From Vitrella brassicaformis CCMP3155 (Eukaryota > Protista > Chromerida): 64,000 nt of DNA. The DNA lies in contig CDMY01000429.1 in assembly GCA_001179505.1 (NCBI GenBank), positions 1 through 64,000 of the forward strand. Direction: 5' to 3'. Below, piece by piece: positions 50,461 to 63,785 of the stretch. The number at the start of each line of letters is the position of its first letter. Position 1 is the stretch's first letter. The position numbers and the translations under genes are program-made. Below the pieces are notes generated by a model that saw only the letters and a program-made list of their open reading frames with translations, was not told the origin of the DNA and did no database searches.

Positions 50461-53400
50461 CAGACAGACAAACACTCGAATGTGCGCGTGTGGGTGTGAG
50501 GGTGTCATCCATCCATCCATCCATTTTTCTCACCTCCGACACGTCGGTTTGGTTGAGGGGTTCGTATTTGGTCGACTCGTAGAGCGCCTCGTACACGCGG
50601 CCGTCGTAGCGCCCCAGGGCCGAGTTGAGCAGGTTGTCCGGGATGTTCCACGAGTCCGCTATGGCCACGGCGTTCGGGCGCACCTCCTGCAGACACACAT
50701 CAATCAATTGGTTGATTGATTTTGATTGGACAAACTGAGAAGGGATCAGTGTGAGGGCGCGTCTGTCTGTCTGTCTGTCTGTGAGAATGTGGTTGCTTGC
50801 CTTGAGGAGCTGCTTGATGGTCTGCAGGAGGGGCATGGCGTGGTCAGCCTTGAGCACACGGGCCAGCACAAACTCACCTACACACACAAACCGGTGCGTC
50901 CATCCATCCATCCACACGCGTGTGTGTACCGAAAGTCTGGTCGATCCAGTAGAGGGTGTATAGGTCGGAGAGCGTCTTGAGGACGTCGATGACGTTGGTG
51001 TCGATGGGCGGTGTGTGGCTCTGCAGCTCCTGGATCTTGTCCTGGAAGCACCGGTGCAGCACCACGTGCGCGTGGGCCTTGGTCAGCCGACACATCTCGA
51101 TCTTCACGTCGTCCAACGCCCTCATCTACACACACACACACACAGATCCATCCATCCATCCATCTCTGTCTGCCTTTGTGTGTGTGTGTGTGTCCGCTGC
51201 TAACGCTGTTGTGTCCCTTCTGCGTTGCGGCCATGAAGTCCTGAGCCGTGCCGTAGATCAGCACAGACGCACTGCATCACCCCACCCACCCACACACAAA
51301 CACACAAACACACAATGGATGGACGGACGCACCCACATGCTCACAATCCTGCCTACCGTTTCTCCAGGGCCTGTTTCTGCCACTGGGGATCCCTCCAGTC
51401 GACGGCCCCGGCCTCGCTGCCCCCCTCTCCCTCTCCCTGTTGGCCCATGAATGCCACGGGGTCGAAGTCGAAGATGTACCTCATGGTGGACTCGGGCGGC
51501 GGGGGGCTCTTGCCCTTCATCTTGTGCTCCACCGCCTTGAGCAGCGAACGGCCCGTCTGGATCGACAGCACCACAAAGTCACCCTGGATGGATGACACAC
51601 AGACAGACAGACACCCGACACACAGACAGACAGACAGACAGACACCCGACACACAGACAGACAGACACACAGACAGACAGATGGACGGATGCAGGCAGGC
51701 AGGCAGGCAGTGACTGGTGGGGGTTTCCTTGCTTGCCTCGTAGGTGGCTTGTGGGAGGAACGAGGCGAAGTGGAGGGGCACGCCGGCGGCGTTGAGGAAC
51801 CCGTGGCCGCCCAGGGCCTTGCGGCACGCCTCCATTCCATCCGCTGATATCAACGTCGTCGCCGCCTTGAGCGCTGTCGAGGCACACACACACGTAGAGG
51901 CAGAGACAGGGAGAGAGAGAGGGAGGGAGGGAGGGAGAGCAGAGTGTGGGTGGATGTGTGTGTTGTTGAGTGGTACCTGATGTGACGGCATGGCATTCGG
52001 GGAGGAGGGAGAAGTCGTTCTCCATGCGAGCCTTGGCCTGCACAGACAGACAGACAGATGGATGTGCCAAGGCCCCTCCCTCGTTGCTGGCCGTGACCTA
52101 CCATCATTTTGTTGTAGAGTGCGTGTGTCCAGAGGCCCGTGAAGTGCATGGCGAACGCCGTCGCCATCAGAGGAAATATCGTCAGCTGCTGAGTCGAGTA
52201 ATCCAACACCTGCACACACACACACACGCATCACATCACACTCGTGCGTGCCGCAAGGTGAGAGGTGTCTGCCGCCCCGCACCTGGCTCTCGGAGCCGCC
52301 CATGCGCGCGGCAGCGGCCTCTGCGGGGTCGGCCTGTGTGGCGCTGTCCATGTCCATCTCCATGGACGGGAACTGACGGCGAACCGCAGAATAACGAGTC
52401 TGCCCTCACACACACACACATCGAGGCAGACAGCCACAGACGGGGACACAACAGATGGTGTGCGTGGTGTGGGTGAGCAGAGGGCTTACGGCGATGATGC
52501 AGGCCTTTGCGAGGTGCAGTCCTGCCCCCATGACGAGCTGCTTGCGGGTGTAGGTCATGGTGCCGTACATCATCTTGTCGTTGCCGATCTTCTTGTGGTT
52601 GCCTTGCTTGTCCACCGACGAATACCTTACCACACCACACACACACACACACATTACACAATATGTATGGCTCTGTGTGTGAGTGTGTGAGCGTGTGTGT
52701 GAATGTGAGCAGGTCGTTCGTTGACCTGGCGAGCAGGTGTCGTCTGGGGATGCGGACGTTCTCGAGCTGCATGGCGCCGTTGTCCATGCCGTTGTACCCC
52801 AGCTTCTGACCAATGTCGAACAGAGTCACGCCTACACACACAGACACAGACACAGACAGAGAGAGAGACAGAGACAGGGGGAGGGGGGCAGTCGCACCGT
52901 ACGACCGACTGCCCATGTGAATGTGTGTGTGTGTACCCTTGATGGCCTCGTGTGTGTTGAGGTCCCGCACTTGAAGGAAAAATGGATGCGGGCCGTAGTC
53001 CTTGCCCCTGCACACACCAGCAACCGCAGCAGCAACAGCCATGGCAGTGACACAGAGAGAGAGGCAGACATGCCTCTGTGCTGTCCTGTTCTGAGCTTTT
53101 ATGTGTGGTGTGGGTGTGCACCTGATTTTGAGTCTGGCCATGCAGATGCAGTGGGTGCACGACTTGGCCAAGCCGCCTGGCCACCATTTGGTCGCCTGCA
53201 CACACACACACACACACACATACACAGCGTGTGTCGTGTTGAGCACAGCACGGCCCATGGCTGGCGTGCTTGTGTCCCGACCGACCGCACCGAGAGCGAC
53301 GGCGTGTTGAGCACCCACTCCTCCGTGCCTTCGTCGTAATCCGCCGTCGTCTCAAGACCTGCACACATAAACACACACAAATGTACCCCCATAGAGAGAG

Positions 53401-54279
53401 AGAGAGAGAGCGTCCGCACGGCTGTCTGTGTGTCTGACCGACCGGCGACGTTGGATCCGTGTGCGAGTTCGGTTTGCGCGTATGTTCCGATGATGCGGAA
53501 GTCGCGGGCCAGCGGCACCCACCAATCGCACTGCTCGTCGTCGGCCAAGCTCTGATACACACACAGACATACATACACATACACATGGGGTCGTCTCGGT
53601 CTGTCTGTATGCCTCTGTGTGTGTGTGTGTGTGTGAGAAGCTATCTATAGCTAGACAGACAGACAGGTAGGTCTTTACCTGTAGGCATGGCAGGAACATG
53701 GTGAGGTGGAGGAGGAGGAAGAAGTCCTCCCCCACGGCCAGCTGCATAATCGTCAGCTCCTCGTCGCTCATCTTGTACTGACGACACAACCTACACACCA
53801 AGCAGTCACACACACACACACAGACACATAGACCTTCCCAGTGAGTGGCGATCCGACCACACGCACATACACACACCTGACGAACTCCTCGGCCCTCTCG
53901 CATGCCCTCAGGTATCGCTCGCTCCTGGGCATCCACCACAGGTCACTCAAACGAAACTTCGGATTGTGGCTGAACAGCTTGCGAATCCTGCAGTCACACA
54001 TCAGACACACCACACGCATCAATCAGCAGGAGGAGGACACACCCACGCACACACACACACACACATGCATATAACTGAGGGCCTCCGTCTTTTGACCGTT
54101 CGTCCGCCTGGGTAGGACAGGGCCTACCTATTGATTTTTTCGAGGTCGTAGGTGCCGTAGATGGCGACGGTGAGGTCTGAGGTCCTGAAGGAGGCCCGCT
54201 GACGCTCGCGCTGCAGGTCGGGCACCACCGAATGACGGTCAACCAACGTGGTCGGCTCCATCACAGTACTGAGGCTCAT
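50355..54279 (-). CDS. ACOX1: Peroxisomal acyl-CoA oxidase (ACOX1 family) with PTS1
   Basis: GTYAQTELAHGSNV.GLETTA, ATKWWPGGL, DIGQKLGYNGMDNG, EACRKALGGHG, TYEGD..VL, LNSALGRYDG.VYE. The last exon ends PQSRL-stop (PTS1 SRL). Confidence 0.95.
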
Positions 54280-54517
54280 GCAGGACGCCTGTGCTGAACT
54301 ACACTACGCAAGGGGGGGAGCGATTCGGAAGGGGGGAGTGCGAGCTTTGAGGTGGAGAGATCTGCGCGCGTGATGGATCCTCATCGCGTCGCGTCTATCG
54401 CTTGAAGGCCGTCTGCTGTTGGGCAGAGATTGATCTCTCCCTTACCGCAGACAGACGAGTGCATCGACCAGCTCAGCAGTATCGGTATCTGTGACCATCT
54501 CTCTGCTCTGTCCCTCG

Positions 54518-55205
54518 ATGTCTGTGGCGGCAGGGAGTGCGGCCGCTTCGTTCACGTCAGCGGCGCTGAGCAACAGCGTGTACATCCGGAACCTGTCTCC
54601 ACTCGCCTCTGAGGAACACATCCGCACCACATTCGGCGACTGCGATGACATCGTCACCGTCACTTTCAAACTGTACGGATATGTGCGACTGACTGCACAC
54701 ACAGATGGACACCAATGTGGTATGGATGTGGGTGTGTGGGTGTGTTCATTCAGGTTCCCCGGCAGCACGACTCAGCGGTACTGCCAGGTTGATTTCAAGA
54801 CTGCGGGGGGCGTGACCAAGGCGAGCGCACTCAACAATGAGCCGCTGCTGGGGGTGCCCATGTCCATCACGGTCATCGAGCCCGTCACGCTGCCTGTCGC
54901 TGTACCAGGCACGCACACACAAGACACACACACACACACACACGCCTTCTATGTGTTGTGTTGTGGTATGGTATGATGTGGCGTGTGTGTGTGCTGTTTG
55001 TTTGTTCAGGCATTGGTGCGCTGCCGAGTCTGCCGGCGAATGCCAACCCGCAGCAGGTGGCCGCCTACCACGCACAGGCACTCCTGGCACAGAGGGTCGG
55101 CGGGCAGCCGCCACCACCACCAGGTCCACCCCCTCCAACGACAGCAGCAGGCAAGCAACCAACCAGCCCAGGCCACACAGAATGGCTCGTTTGTTTGGTG
55201 ACCTC

Positions 55206-55239
<34 letters not shown>

Positions 55240-56638
55240 TGGTCAGGTGGTGTTGGTGTAAACATCACAGGTTCGCTTGGCGGAGTGCCGGTGGCGAGGC
55301 CGTTTATGGAGCCGGAATCGGCACAGATTGCCAGGACCATACACGTCGACAACCTGCCAATGGAGGTAGGTGAGATGGATGGATGCATGAAGACGTCTCT
55401 CGAGAGAGAGAGAGGCAGGGATCCTGGCATGTGTGTATGTGTGTGTGAATGTGCGTATGGTGCGGTGCAGACGACAGAGGACGACCTGAAAGGCGTTTTT
55501 GGTCTGATGGGCACCGTCACTGCGCTGCGGGTCATTCAGCCCCCAGACAAGGACGGGTGAGCAGTCAGTCCGTCGAGGGGCGGAGGAGTCCATCCATCCA
55601 TCCACTCTAGAGTCCATCTTTCTGTGTCCTATATGTGTGTGTCAGTGACAAGAAGTTCGCTCTCATCGAGTACAAGGACCGAAGCCAAGCCGAGCAGGTC
55701 AGTCAGTGTTACTGAGTGGCTGGGACACAGCACTGGCAACCTCCCCCTCCATAGATATCGCCTGTGTGCAGGCCTTCAAGCTCAATGGCTACCAGATGCG
55801 CGGCAGGAAGATCAAGTGGGCTGTGGCCGATCCCTCATGTGTCTGTGATCCATCCATCCATCCGTGTGCCTGTGTATGTGAATGTATGTATGTATGTATG
55901 TGTGTCTGTCTGTCAGGCTGTCTCCCTCCAAGACGACGGTGCATCCCCGCGAGCCGCTGAACGTCTCGTTTGACGTGCCCATCAACAACCCGGTCCCCGT
56001 GGCCTACCAGCAGCTGCAGAAAATACGACTCGAGGAGAAGATGCAAAAGGTGAAAGGGCGTCACGCCACGCCACGACACGCCACGCCACGCCACACGGCG
56101 CAGAAAGTGTGAACATATGGATGGATGGATGGATGTGTGTGTGTGTGTCAGGTCCGTGCGGCGCAGGAGAACCTCGTCAAGAAGCTGGCAGAGAAAGGTG
56201 AATGATAGCACATCCATCCATCCATCTCTATCCATCTCTATCCATCTCTGTCCCTAATTCGGCACACATACAATGTGTGTGTGTCGCTGTCTGTCATTCA
56301 TATCAGATGCTGCCCGGCGTGAGGAGGAGAACGTGCGCCGCGAAGACAGGAACAGACGCGGCAACAAGTATGAAGGCACGGCACCGCACGCACACCAGCC
56401 ATCGCCGCCACCAACGCACACACACCTGCACTGCATGTGTGTGTGTCGGTGCGTCAGTCGTTCCCGGTCTGGGTCGTCGAGGTCTCGTTCGTCGTCCCGT
56501 TCCTCGTCGGTGGGGCGGCGGCGCCGACCCAGCCGCGACAGGGACAGACAGAGATACAGGGACAGGTAGATCCGTAGGTCAATGCGGGGGGCTGGGTTGA
56601 ACAGACGGGTGAATATAGATAGCACTCCTGGTAGGCAC

Positions 56639-56669
<31 letters not shown>

Positions 56670-58534
56670 CAGGGACAGAGAGAGGGACAGGAGGTATCGC
56701 GACTCGGACAGGTGTGTTGTGTCTGGAGGCACGTATGGATGGGCGTATGGATGGATGGATGGATGTGTGTGTGTGGCGCTTTGGTTGCGTGTCTCCATCA
56801 CATGCAATGCATCCGCGTCCATCCATCAGACGTCGGTATGACGAGGCGCCCTCTTGGTACCTGAAGGGCAGGGGATACCACGACAGAGGCAGGAGGAGGT
56901 CAGCAGCCAACCGACCTTGAAGCACCCTCTCTGTCTTTCTCTCTCACCAACACACAACCACTTGTCCGCGTGTGCAGGCGTGATCGCGACCGAGATGTGG
57001 ACGACGACTGGCGCGACAAGGACAGAGACAGAGACAGAGACAGGGACCGTTCACGGGTGCGCACACAGACACAACACAACATGTAACTAACGCACTACTG
57101 GTGTGCAGGACCGCTATCGGGGGAGGAGGTCGCCCTCCCATGACGACGAAGACCGTGACCGTGACCGTGAGAGGGGCAGGGACAAGGAGAGGCGGCGACG
57201 CGACGTCAATGAAGACGACGACCATGGCGATGTGGGCGAGAGGGAGGGGAACGTCAAGACGAGGACCAAACATGACAAGCGGGACGATGAGAGAGGTAGG
57301 TACATCACACACACACGTGTCCATCCATCCATCCATGTATGTCTGTATGTATGTGTCGATATATCTGTGTGTTGCGTGCAGGCGGTGGTGGTGGTGAAAG
57401 TGAGAAGGCCCCGCAGCGCGCAAAAGATGAGATGGACTACAGGTGGGTGGGTAGTACACTTTGACAGGGACAGGCAGGTGCACACACACACAGGCAGGCA
57501 GGCAGGCAGCCTTGCAGCCTTAGCGCAGCGCAGCGCCCTCCACCCATTGATTCCTAGCATCCATCCATCCATCCATGGTGCATTCATCACTCCTTCCACA
57601 TGTATGTATGTATGGCATATATGTCGCGGGCGGGTGGGGTGGTCAGCCCCGAGAGAGTCAGTGCATACATGGATCTGTACCCACCTACTGGGTAAGCTGC
57701 CTGCCTACCTGCCTACCTGTGACCCCGATCCACTCACTCTCACCCTATCTATTCTCTGTCTGTCTGTCTGTCTGTTTGTGTGTGTGTGTGTGTCGCTGCC
57801 GGCCTGGTGTGCCTGTCTGGGTGCGCTTCGTTCAGTCCCGAGAGTCGCCCTGCAGCCAAGAAAGACAAGAAGAGGCCGCCCAAGGACCAGGACAATGAAG
57901 ACCGCGACCGCGATATCGACGACAATGACGACGACAGGCCACACAAAACCAGCAGAGACAGAAGGTGCGTGCGTGCCTGCCTGTCTGCCTGCCGCACCAC
58001 ACAATCCGCCCTCGATCTGCTTGTATGACGGGCCTCCACGTGTGTGTGTGTGTGATGCACTCCCTCCCTCCCTCCCTCCCTTGTCTCAGCAGGGACGATC
58101 GACGTCACGGTGAGGCAAAGGTCAACGGCAGGGAGCGGGACCGTGACCGAGGCGATGAGGACGATGATGACGATCGCAGGCGACACAAGCGCGACAAGAG
58201 GTCGGTCGGGCACGCACACACACAGAGAGGCACATCGATGCGGTGCATTCAGGTCGGCCCGTCCACGGATGATGTGCATTGATTGACTTTGTGTGTGTAA
58301 CGTCAGTCACAGGGGGGACAAGAGGAGGCGGGACGACTCAGATCAGGACGACAACCGGGTACTCGACTCACTCAGCCCACCACACTCAGCCAACGCACCC
58401 TGTGTGTGGTGTGTATGGTCTGTCTGTCTGTCCGTCAGGACCGCCGTCGTGCCGACACGAGGCGGCACTATGAGGATGACGACGACGACGACGACGACGA
58501 CCGAGACAGACAGAGGAAGCGACACGCCAGATGA
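54518..58534 (+). CDS. Two-RRM, RS/RD-rich splicing factor (SRSF11/SREK1-like)
   Basis: RRM1 SVYIRNLSP..YCQVDF and RRM2 RTIHVDNLP..FALIEY..AFKLNG. Many short exons follow, encoding RS/RD/RE dipeptide repeats and ending RKRHAR-stop. Confidence 0.85.
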
Positions 58535-59128
58535 ACCAAACCAAACGAGCGGATGGCCACGCCGCTGGTTCTGCGAAGGGTACCTACCCGAGTGCAGTGC
58601 ATGTTTAGGGGCGATAAATAAGATGCGTGTATGTGTGTGGGCTGTGCGGGTGGGTGCGTATGGCCCTTGCCTCCTCCTCTCTGCGCAGCGCATTCATGCC
58701 GGCGTGCTCCCGTGCCGTCAAAGGAAGGAGGCGCTTTAGAGCATCATCAATCTTGTCAGTCACGTGTGGGTGTCACGGACGGTCAGCCCTGCCTGTGCTG
58801 CTGTGCCATGTGTGTGTATTGTGGAGTCTGGATGCCTGCCTGAATGAATGAATGAATGCAGTGTGTGTATGCGTGGAGCAGTAGAAACACACCTTCCTTC
58901 TCCAACAGGTGAATGACTCACGCCAGGGTTTGGGGCTGGGCCTCGGGCTACACAGGGTTAGGGTCATAGGGTTAGCGTTTTGTCGAAGGGAGTTCAAGCC
59001 AAGATTCGTGTAGCGACGTGCTTCAGACCCGCTCACACGTCTTTAAGTCATAATCACTGTCCGATAAGAAGATCGGTTGGGCAGAGATAGATCTCTTCTG
59101 ACCACTCCTTCCTGCAGTTGTCAGCAAG

Positions 59129-59832
59129 ATGTGGACGTCCGTCGCGTTCGTGGCCGTTGTGCTGATGCTGACTCAAGGAAAGGTGAGGAGCGGGAGAGGG
59201 GAGAAATAGACACAGCTGGATGGTCGCATTGCTGTGTGTGGTCTGGAGCTCGGCAGGAGTGCATGGCTTATGCGCCAGGCATGTCGGCCTCGGCGCTGCA
59301 GTCAGTGATCCAGAAGCCGGTCTCAGCCAAGCCGGTGCTGCGAGGACGGACTGCCACTCTCGTGTCGTCATCGTCTGTCGCCAAGCCACCCGCTGCAGCC
59401 GCCAGCAAGGCTGAGGTCAGTGTGTCAGAGAGTGATCACGTGTTGTGTGTGGTGATCCATTGTGCTGTGCATGGCTTTTGCCTCGTTCCCTGTTTCTGTC
59501 TGTGTGTATGTCAGACTGTCAAGAAGGCCGAGTACGTGGCGATAGTGGCCAACAAGGCGGGCGTGTCCAAGAAGGAGACCGAGACCGTGCTCAAGGCGCT
59601 GACCGAGACCATAGTGGAGACGGTGGTGAGTGGCAAGAAGATCAACATCCCCAACATCGGCACCTTCGAGCCCAAGCACCGCCAGAAGAGGACGGGCCGC
59701 AACCCCCGCACGGGAGAGGTGCTCGACATCCCCCCTTCCACAGTCCCCAGCCTCTCCATCTCCACCGTATTCAAGAAGGCCGTCAACGGAGAGGGACCGC
59801 TCCCCGGCAAGGCCGACAAAGCCGCCGGATAG
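59129..59832 (+). CDS. HU: Bacterial-type histone-like DNA-binding protein HU, plastid-targeted
   Basis: KAEYVAIVANKAGVSKKETETVLKALTETI..GKKINIPNIGTFEPKHRQKRTGRNPRTGE (HU/IHF signature). Spliced leader MWTSVAFVAVVLMLTQGKECMA-YAPGMSAS.. is a signal peptide followed by a Ser/Ala/Lys transit peptide. Confidence 0.95.
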
Positions 59833-60910
59833 ACAGACGGACGGACGACATTTCATTCGATGGATGGATGCTTCCGGCATGCATACCTGTGTGTGTGCGG
59901 GCGGGCGGGAGGGCGTGTGCGTGTGTGGGCGGGGGTTGGCAGTGTTGCAAGGAGGGAGGGAGGGGCGTTTTAGAGCCATGCGTGCGGTGGACGGACGGGT
60001 GAAATGATGGACGGACCAAGACAGAGAGACGGATGTGTGTGTGTGTATGTATGTATGGGTGAAGGTACTTTTTGCCCGGTGGACTGTTTGGTGCTCTGTG
60101 AGTGAGCTTTGTACCATGGTACCTGCCTGCCTCACCTCGTCTGGCTGTCTGTCTGTCTGTATGGCTTGCTGGATGGATGAATGCCCGCCTGCCGCATTCG
60201 TGTCGTGATCGAGCGAGAAAGCGGCAGATGGTTGGGCTTGCTGCCTTGGCTTTGTGGCTGGCGAGAGGGAGACAGGGAGGGAGGGAGGGAGGTGGGGAGG
60301 GAGGCCTCCTCCTGTAGACTGACGGCGAGTGACTTTTGGATGTGAGGCTTCTGATTTGTACGTCGTTCCCGCCTCACATCCAAAAGTATGTGGTATGGAG
60401 TGGTATGGATTGTGTGGTATGGATGTGGGGTATGGAGTGGTGTTGCGCTGGTGCAGATGTTGTGTGTGTGTTGTGTTGTGTTGTGTCGGTGGCCGGGTAG
60501 CACACATCACTCTGACGGACATTGAGATCATATCACGCATTGTGGTGCGATTTGTCCATTCTCAACATTCTGCACGCCCTCTGTAATGCGGCCACACACA
60601 ATTGAGCCTAGTATCATCTGCGGCGCGCGTGTGTGGCTTGTGTGCCGTCACTGTTCGTCACAAAGGGCGTGGATGTCTGTGAACTCGTAATCGTCCTCCT
60701 GCGAAATGCAGTGACGCACACATACACACATACACGACACTCAGGCGGGGCAGTTGGCGGGGCGCACCTGATGCCTGCCTGCCTGCCTGCCCTCCCTGGT
60801 CATGGTATAAGTGGTGATGGTGTGGCCTCTCGTATGCTCTGCTCTGTTGGTGCTTTTCTCCTCTGTCTGTCTGTCTGTCTGGCTGAGCGACTGGGTTGTG
60901 GGTAGAAGGA

Positions 60911-62794
60911 CTACATAGAGGACGAATGGCTGCATATGCCGACACTGTGTGTCTGAGTGACGTACACGTGCGTCCACACCTGCAGCTGAATCCATTCATT
61001 GATAGGGAGAACAGAGTCTAGATCATCGCTTCTTTGCTTTTTCTTCATTCCATAAGCCCAAAAGCCCGCCGCTAGTGATACCGAAAGCACCCTACGCAAG
61101 AACTGACGGCACATTTCTGCACTGACGTACACATCTGGCTGGCATAACCGTTAGTTAAAGTCACAAATAGACGTCGCCGAGGAGATTGAAGAAGCCTAGC
61201 TTCTGCGTGAGGGTCCTGCAAAGGAGAACGTACACACATTCACACGAGGTTACGTCATTCGCAACAACAATACCGGTATCGTTCGGTGTCCTTCCCAAAC
61301 ACGTTGATTGTCCAGGGGAACCTGTGCACACACATACGCACTCCCGTCTGTCTGTCCGCACACACGACAAGTCTCCCTCTCCCGTTTGCGCACAGCTGCC
61401 CGATGGTGTTGATCCGCTCATTCACGTCAGCAGGCGAGAGGTTTGGACCTGGCCTCAGCTTCCATGTCTTGACTCCTGTGGCGAGACACGAAAGGCAAAA
61501 GTGAGTGTCTGCGCGCAGGGGATGGTGTCTTCACTGACCGAGACAGAGGTTGATGATGGTCTGGTCGATGCTGCCTGGGTGAATGTCCCACGCACCCTTA
61601 GGGGTGAAGTAGCCGTGGAAGATAGACCGTTTGGACCTGGGCGAAGAGACGCATGCAAAAAGATGCGTGTCAGCGAGACTGAGTGAGTGTGTCGGCTGCT
61701 CCAGCACCCGAGTATATCTAATGGCGTCGAGCCACGGTCTGTCAGCTCTTTGAGAGCATTCGCGTTGTGTATCGCCAATCTGGTCATTCCAGTCGATGGA
61801 TACATCGTTTGTCCGGTCACTGTTTGGCGTACTTGAACATCAGTGGGGCGAGCTGATGAGGCTTGTTGTGGAGTTGTTCCAGCCACTTACTCGCGAACTC
61901 GTTGTCCGACCGCCTGTGCACCTTGGGCCTGAACAGCAAAGGATTGTCCGTGACTCCGTGTGTCCACATGCTGAGCGAGAGTCGATTACCTGAACAGCTT
62001 GTTTCGAAAAAGGCCAATTTCAGCCTTGTCTGCGTCTGTAAATCACACAAAACAAGCACGTCGGATCTCCACACGGCCTTCTTGCATCGATGCCTGTCTG
62101 CCGCTTACCGTGGACATGGACGCCCGTCTCGAGGTCGAGGTAGCCCAGCAGTCTGAACGCCAATGAACGAGTAACATGTCAGCAGAAGAGGTCTCTGTCT
62201 CATTACGATCGATCGTTCAGGTTCGCAGAGGAAATGATTGCATCCGTGTCGTCGGCAATCAGCGCCTTGGAATGAACGTACGTGTGCGCCCACTCTATTT
62301 CTCCCTGGCCTGCAGGCAGTCAGTGCGCAAAAGGCGCCGCGGTGGCTTTGAGCCTTACCAAGCCTTTGGTAAGTGACTCCGCCCTACGAACAGGCAGACC
62401 ATTGTTTTTCATCTGCAGATGTGTGTCGTCCTTCAAGACTGTGGACCTGGAAGAGAACCGCCAAGTAGTCCGTCAGTTTGGTCCTGCTCCCCACGAGGCC
62501 TTCGTGCTGAGCGCTGCTGAGGACCCTCTCAAGAGCAGGCACCAGGCCACACTGGTGGTGGAATAGCGTCACGTAACGCGGATAGAACAGCTGCGGCGTG
62601 CCACATCGGATCAGCACATCTGAGCACCATCGAAATCGTCTCTCCTTTCTCACCCCGGCTTCCTCAGCAACGAGCGACTCGACCAGAACGACGGAAAACT
62701 TCTCTTTTTTTTTCGGATGGCTCGCTTGATGCGCCTGTGTCGACGCACAACACGGGGGGCCTGTGGACGATGTCCATTCGTCAGATCGGCTCAC
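60911..62794 (-). CDS. Hypothetical multi-exon protein with a JmjC/cupin-like segment
   Basis: Phase-consistent exons give ..GSKRSIFHGYFTPKGAWDIHPGSIDQTIINLCLGVKTWKLRP, resembling the JmjC H-x-D...G-x-K-x-W/F-x-L-x-P strand pair. Both ends are ambiguous. Confidence 0.4.
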
Positions 62795-63714
62795 CTATAG
62801 AGTGCTATGGCGATGTGATTCTAAGACACACGCACACCCACAGATGGACAGAGAGCGTGCTGCAGAATCCCAGACCTTAGCGAAGAAGTTTTTCTTTGAC
62901 GACTCCCATGTCTGAAGAAAAGCACAGAAGCAGAGAAGCAGAGAATTATGGTTGGAGAAACATCGTCTCTCTCCGACGGACGCAGTCCCCAGGAAAATTG
63001 CGGCTGCTGTCTGCTGGCGCCGACGACAGTTGCGTGTGGAAGTCAATGATCTTTTTGGGGATGCCTTCCCACGGGCGCAAAGCAGCGCTGTATATCGAGA
63101 ACCAGATTGAGAAGCTGGCCGGTCCAATCACTCGCCCAATTGAAATGCTGTACCTGACGATATACTGGTTCTCGATATAGACGTACGATTGGGCGTTCTA
63201 GGTAGATCACAGCACGCGACAATATTGAGGCCTCACCGACACAACACGTGTACCTTAATCAGGCTCAGGTACGCGTCGTAAACGCTTGTGACTGGAACGG
63301 AAACGAAAAGACAAGAGACAGCACTCTAAACTAACATGTATGCCTTTGCCTACCAGGATGTGAGTATCCTCCGGTCCTCAACCAATAGTAATCACCTGAA
63401 ACACGAGCAGGAAATCAGACATTCCATAGGTACCATGATTGACTACCCACCTGTGACGAGGGCTCGACACTGAGTTGCGCTGGGCTTGGCGTCGTTGCCG
63501 GACAGCAACTGCCGGACAATGTCTCTTCGTCTTGTGGCGGCAGCTTCGTCTCGCTTCCACTCTTCCATTGAAGGAGGGAGATTTTCTTGTTTACACTGAA
63601 AGCGGGCAACGCGCAATCATGGAGACGTCGCCAAACACAGTTACAATAATGCTGCTTGACATACCTCTGTCTTGGTGGTGAAGAAGCTTGTGCCATTGCT
63701 GTGGCAGCCATACC

Positions 63715-63785
63715 TAACACGTTCTCACGTGAATTGGACTTATTCTCAAGTATCGGTCTTGTCCGATTCACGTGAGAACGTGTTA
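63715..63785. repeat. Perfect 20-bp inverted repeat (hairpin) containing CACGTG cores
   Basis: TAACACGTTCTCACGTGAAT (63715-63734) is the exact reverse complement of 63766-63785. The stem extends by a T-G pair and GGAC/GTCC around a 21-nt loop. Confidence 0.9.

Noticed and set aside
52236-53586. Long ORFs such as 52236-53318, 52654-53586 and 57103-58113 as independent genes
   Set aside because: They are read-through of microsatellite introns or off-frame and antisense shadows of the ACOX and SR genes (CVCV/THTH low-complexity translations).
61863-61960. NPLLFRPKV..FASKWL as the N-terminal cupin-8 motif of the JmjC-like gene
   Set aside because: Phase analysis places these residues inside introns.
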